Source: Klebsormidium nitens (taxonomy: Eukaryota > Plantae > Klebsormidiophyceae). From it: 64,000 bases of DNA. The position numbers and the translations under genes are program-made. The notes beneath the pieces were generated by a model. The model searched no databases and was not told the origin of the DNA. It saw only the letters and a list, made by a program, of their open reading frames with translations. The stretch spans positions 1 to 64,000 of the forward strand of contig DF236967.1 of the NCBI GenBank assembly GCA_000708835.1. The letters are read 5' to 3'. This document shows, piece by piece, positions 60,840 through 64,000 of the stretch. The number at the start of each line of letters is the position of its first letter. The first letter of the stretch is position 1.

Positions 60840-60848
60840 TTAGGGTTT
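60840..60848 (-). promoter_or_regulatory. Telo-box upstream of the BAH-PHD gene
   Basis: TTAGGGTTT (AAACCCTAA on the minus strand) about 390 nt upstream of the ATG. Confidence 0.4.
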
Positions 60849-61773
60849 CCTGAGGACTTTAAGGTTTCCAAGGGTCAAGGATGTCGTGAGCGCAACCTGG
60901 ACGATGTTGCGGACAACAAAAAGGCGGGGAAACATAGTCTGGTCGCGTGCAAAACTGCACACAATTCATGCGCTCAGGTCGAGGTGCATCCTAATGCAAT
61001 TGCAAAGCAAAAATTGACAAACCTTGTCGAAGCAGAGAGAACTCCTGCCCACAGCAAGTTCGTCAAACAAGGACAACCAGTTCATCGTCGGACTTTCTCA
61101 CCTCAGTCGTTGCAAAGCCTTTCTTCCGCCCAAGCAAGCGAGACCGCTGTTCACCCTCACTCCTCAAGCCACATAAGTTTCCAGCTTTGCACCAGCTTTG
61201 CCCTGTGCGTTCGTTCCTGAGGTTCCTACTGCAGCTAGCTACATAGGCGAAGGGGCAAACGGCCACACATGCGCTCACAATCCTGAGTCTGATGCTGAGG
61301 ACTGCAATCTTTGCCTCAGTCTGCCTGACTTGCACTGTGCAACTTGAACTTGAACTTGAAGGCCCAGTAAATTAGGAGCTTAACCTGGAGGATGATCCCG
61401 CACAATCGAACGGCTTATGGCGCTCAGGCACACTCATCGAACGCCGTATACAACCCTCTGCATCATCCCGCCTTTTTCCTGCCGTCGATGAGCGATCTGG
61501 CCGCCCGGATTCTCAAGCCTTGAAGAGTCTTTGCTGGGAGGCCATTGCCATTGCAAATTGGTTCTTCGACTTGTTCAGTTCTTACTGATGTCATAAGAAG
61601 TCGTTCAGTTGCTTAGCCTTCAGGAAGCGCTTCCAACTTGGGTGAGCGAATGCAAAGGATTCAGGACTGCATATCAGCACGCGATTGACCTCTTGAATCC
61701 AGGTCCAGGTCAGGGCTTCAGAAACATTTTAGGCAGAGGTTCAATCGAGTGGGCCACAGAGAAGGCGTCTGAC

Positions 61774-63345
61774 ATGACGGGCGCGCACTGCACCCTCCAT
61801 TTCCGGGCTCCAGCACTTGCGGTGCCGTTTGCACAACAGCCCTCACCCCTGTCGAAATGCCACCCCTGGAGCGGAGGAGCATTACCAGCATTTGGGAGTG
61901 GACGCGATTTCTATTTCTCAGCTGCGTCTTCACCACTTCTTGGTGCACCAATCCACGAGAATTGCAACCCTTCAGAACAAGGAATGCCGAGGCGGCGTTT
62001 ATTCGCCCTGAAAGTAAGTGCGGTGCAAACAGTTGAAAAGGGCGGGGAGGGCAGTGCAGGAAAACCGCGACGGACGGTGTGGAAGCGCCCGGGGGAAGAC
62101 AAGCAGCAAGGAGTGCGGCGCCCGGGTCCGGTCGGCCGGCCGAGCAAACTTGCAGAGAGGAGGCGCGTCAGTCCGCTGAACCCCCAGCAGCAATCGGCGG
62201 TCAACACGCTGCTGAGGAACTTTAGGGCCTGGCCGCTGGATGCGGACTGGGACCAGTTGCTGGCGTCCGCTCGGCTGCCGGCCGAGCATGTCGACGAGGA
62301 TGTCCTGCAGAACCTTTTCCGTGTCTTGCCCTGGTACAAGTCGGGCAAGTCTCCCAAATCCAGCCCTGACAATTCGGCGAGTCTTGACAACTCAGCAGGG
62401 GAGGCGAAACCTAGCCCTGACAGCTCGGCGAGTCTTGACAACTCGGCGGGGGAGGCGGAAAGCGGGGAAGAAGACGGGGGAGGAAGGAAAGCGCATTCGG
62501 CGGGAGACGCTCTGCGCATGCTGAGCCTGTATCGCTGGTGGCAGGGGAAAAACCCCGAGCGCTTCTCGGGGCCCCTTGCGCTCCAGCTGGTGGTGTGCCT
62601 CTCGAAAGCGGAGCTTTTGGAAGAGGCTGCGAGCTTCGGGGACTCGCTGAAAGAGAAACTGTCGGAGCACTCCGAGTCCATTGACACGTCGACACTGACG
62701 AATCTGTACTACCGGATCGGGGCGTACGAGGACGCCATCCGCGTATACAACGAGGCGCGAGAGACGGAGAAGCCGGTCGAGGCACGGTGCTCGGTCGTGA
62801 CGCTCCTCTCGATGGAGGAGCTGGGCTACCCGGGCGAGAAGCTGTTTGCCGTCTTCAAGGCTGAGAAAGACAAGGCTGCGTTTCGCCACAAGAGCCTTAA
62901 CGCGATGCTGACAAAGGGAGTCACTTTGGAGGACATCAAAATGTCGCAGGAGGACGGGAAGATTCCAGAGGGCCTGATCAGCCGCCTGATCACCGCTCTG
63001 TGCGAGCTGGGGCGGCGAGACGAGGCGTGCGCGCTCGTGCGTCCGTTCCTGGAACCCGGTGCTCCCCTCTTGACTATTTCCATCCTCGTCAGTGTGATAA
63101 CGTCGCTGGAGAACATGGGGCTGATCGAGGAGGCGCAGCAGCTGATGGACCGCCACGTGGCGGGCGGGGTGGATATGGGGAAGGCGCTGAGCTATAGAAT
63201 GGCCCGGGTGCCGACGAATGCCGCGGCCGCGCTGGTGTACCGGTCGTTGATGCGCTTCGAAGGGTCCCACCGCAACAACTTCCACACGCACGTTCTGGCA
63301 ATCAGCAAGTTTGCGAACCTGCGGGACGCGGATGGGGTCTGGGAG
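61774..63345 (+). CDS. PPR-like helical repeat protein with a probable plastid transit peptide; first exon only, gene likely continues
   Basis: Long exon with PPR-like motifs (LTNLYYRIGAYEDAIRVYNE; LITALCELGRRDEACAL; VITSLENMGLIEEAQQLMD). Donor GAG|GTACGC near 63345. The start is uncertain (61609, 61774 or 61983). Confidence 0.72.
62362..62460 (+). repeat. 51-bp in-frame tandem duplication (17 aa)
   Basis: SPDNSASLDNSAGEAKP / SPDSSASLDNSAGEAES. Confidence 0.9.
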
Positions 63346-64000
63346 GTACGCGCTGTGGTGTTTCGTCTCGTTGTCGAATGTGCGAATATGGTCGTTGCCT
63401 TGTTTCTCTCCGGTATCCCGAGCACTGAAGTCAGAGTCACCAGACAGTAGGGAACCTGCATCAAAAACTTATTTACACCCGGGGTTGGCAGGTGAGCTAT
63501 CGTTTTGCTCCGTGCTTGACCAAAGGTTCAATCTTACTTCTGGCACAATCTTGTCGACAGGCCTGTGAATACTGCGTATTCAAGAATTGGTCACGGAAAG
63601 TGATGACGTAATATGCCCCGCTCTGCTGTGGCCGATTTTTTGGGCGGATCTGCACGGGTGCTTCATGACCACCGTCTATAGAAGCTCTTCTAACACTGAT
63701 TATGTCTACAGCGAGCTCGAATTGAGGAGAACCACAGACGCAGCCTGCTAACTTTGCAAACGAAATTCTCACCATTGTATGCCTAATCTCAGCCTAACGC
63801 CAGAATCAAGATTCCAGTTAGTAACCCCGTCGAGTTTATGAAGGAGCTTAATGGGAATGGATTACCTAGCCACCTGAGAGGGGTGACATTCTCTACGGGG
63901 TTTGTGTCCGTACGGATGCAAAGCGCATAGGTTCTCTTTCTGCATTTATACTCAAAAGTCTTGTCGTTACCCTTCGTTGGATTCCCCTTCGTCGAACTGA

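Noticed and set aside
61911-63291. Minus-strand ORFs of 258 and 299 aa
   Set aside because: Antisense shadows of the PPR-like exon.

Overview
Eukaryotic nuclear DNA with GC-rich exons, many spliceosomal introns and plant-type genes; most consistent with a green or streptophyte alga such as Klebsormidium (inference, not verified). Positions 1-15094 hold a minus-strand Ty3/Gypsy LTR retrotransposon. It has a tRNA-iMet primer-binding site (PBS), a probable 5' LTR, and a disrupted gag-PR-RT-RNaseH-IN polyprotein. Unusual features are a second CCHC knuckle and a very long RNaseH-integrase tether. More than 4 kb of same-strand accessory coding sequence follows the integrase, with a ubiquitin-interacting motif (UIM) and a BAH-like segment; it is interrupted by a 756-N gap and runs off the window. 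Positions 16.9-64 kb hold host genes reconstructed by hand from splice sites: DCAF12-like WD40 (-), a 111-aa coiled-coil protein missed by the ORF track (+), cytochrome P450 (-), an ML/NPC2-type lipid-binding protein (+), class-2 dihydroorotate dehydrogenase (+), an APE2-like ExoIII nuclease (-), an intronless PGAP4/TMEM246-like glycosyltransferase (+), NUP155 (+), an EBS/SHL BAH-PHD protein (-) and the start of a PPR-like gene (+). A Tourist-like MITE and several tandem or inverted repeats are also present. The best candidate for a new system is the retrotransposon's accessory ORF, a possible ubiquitin/chromatin reader. All family assignments come from motif recognition by eye; no searches were run.
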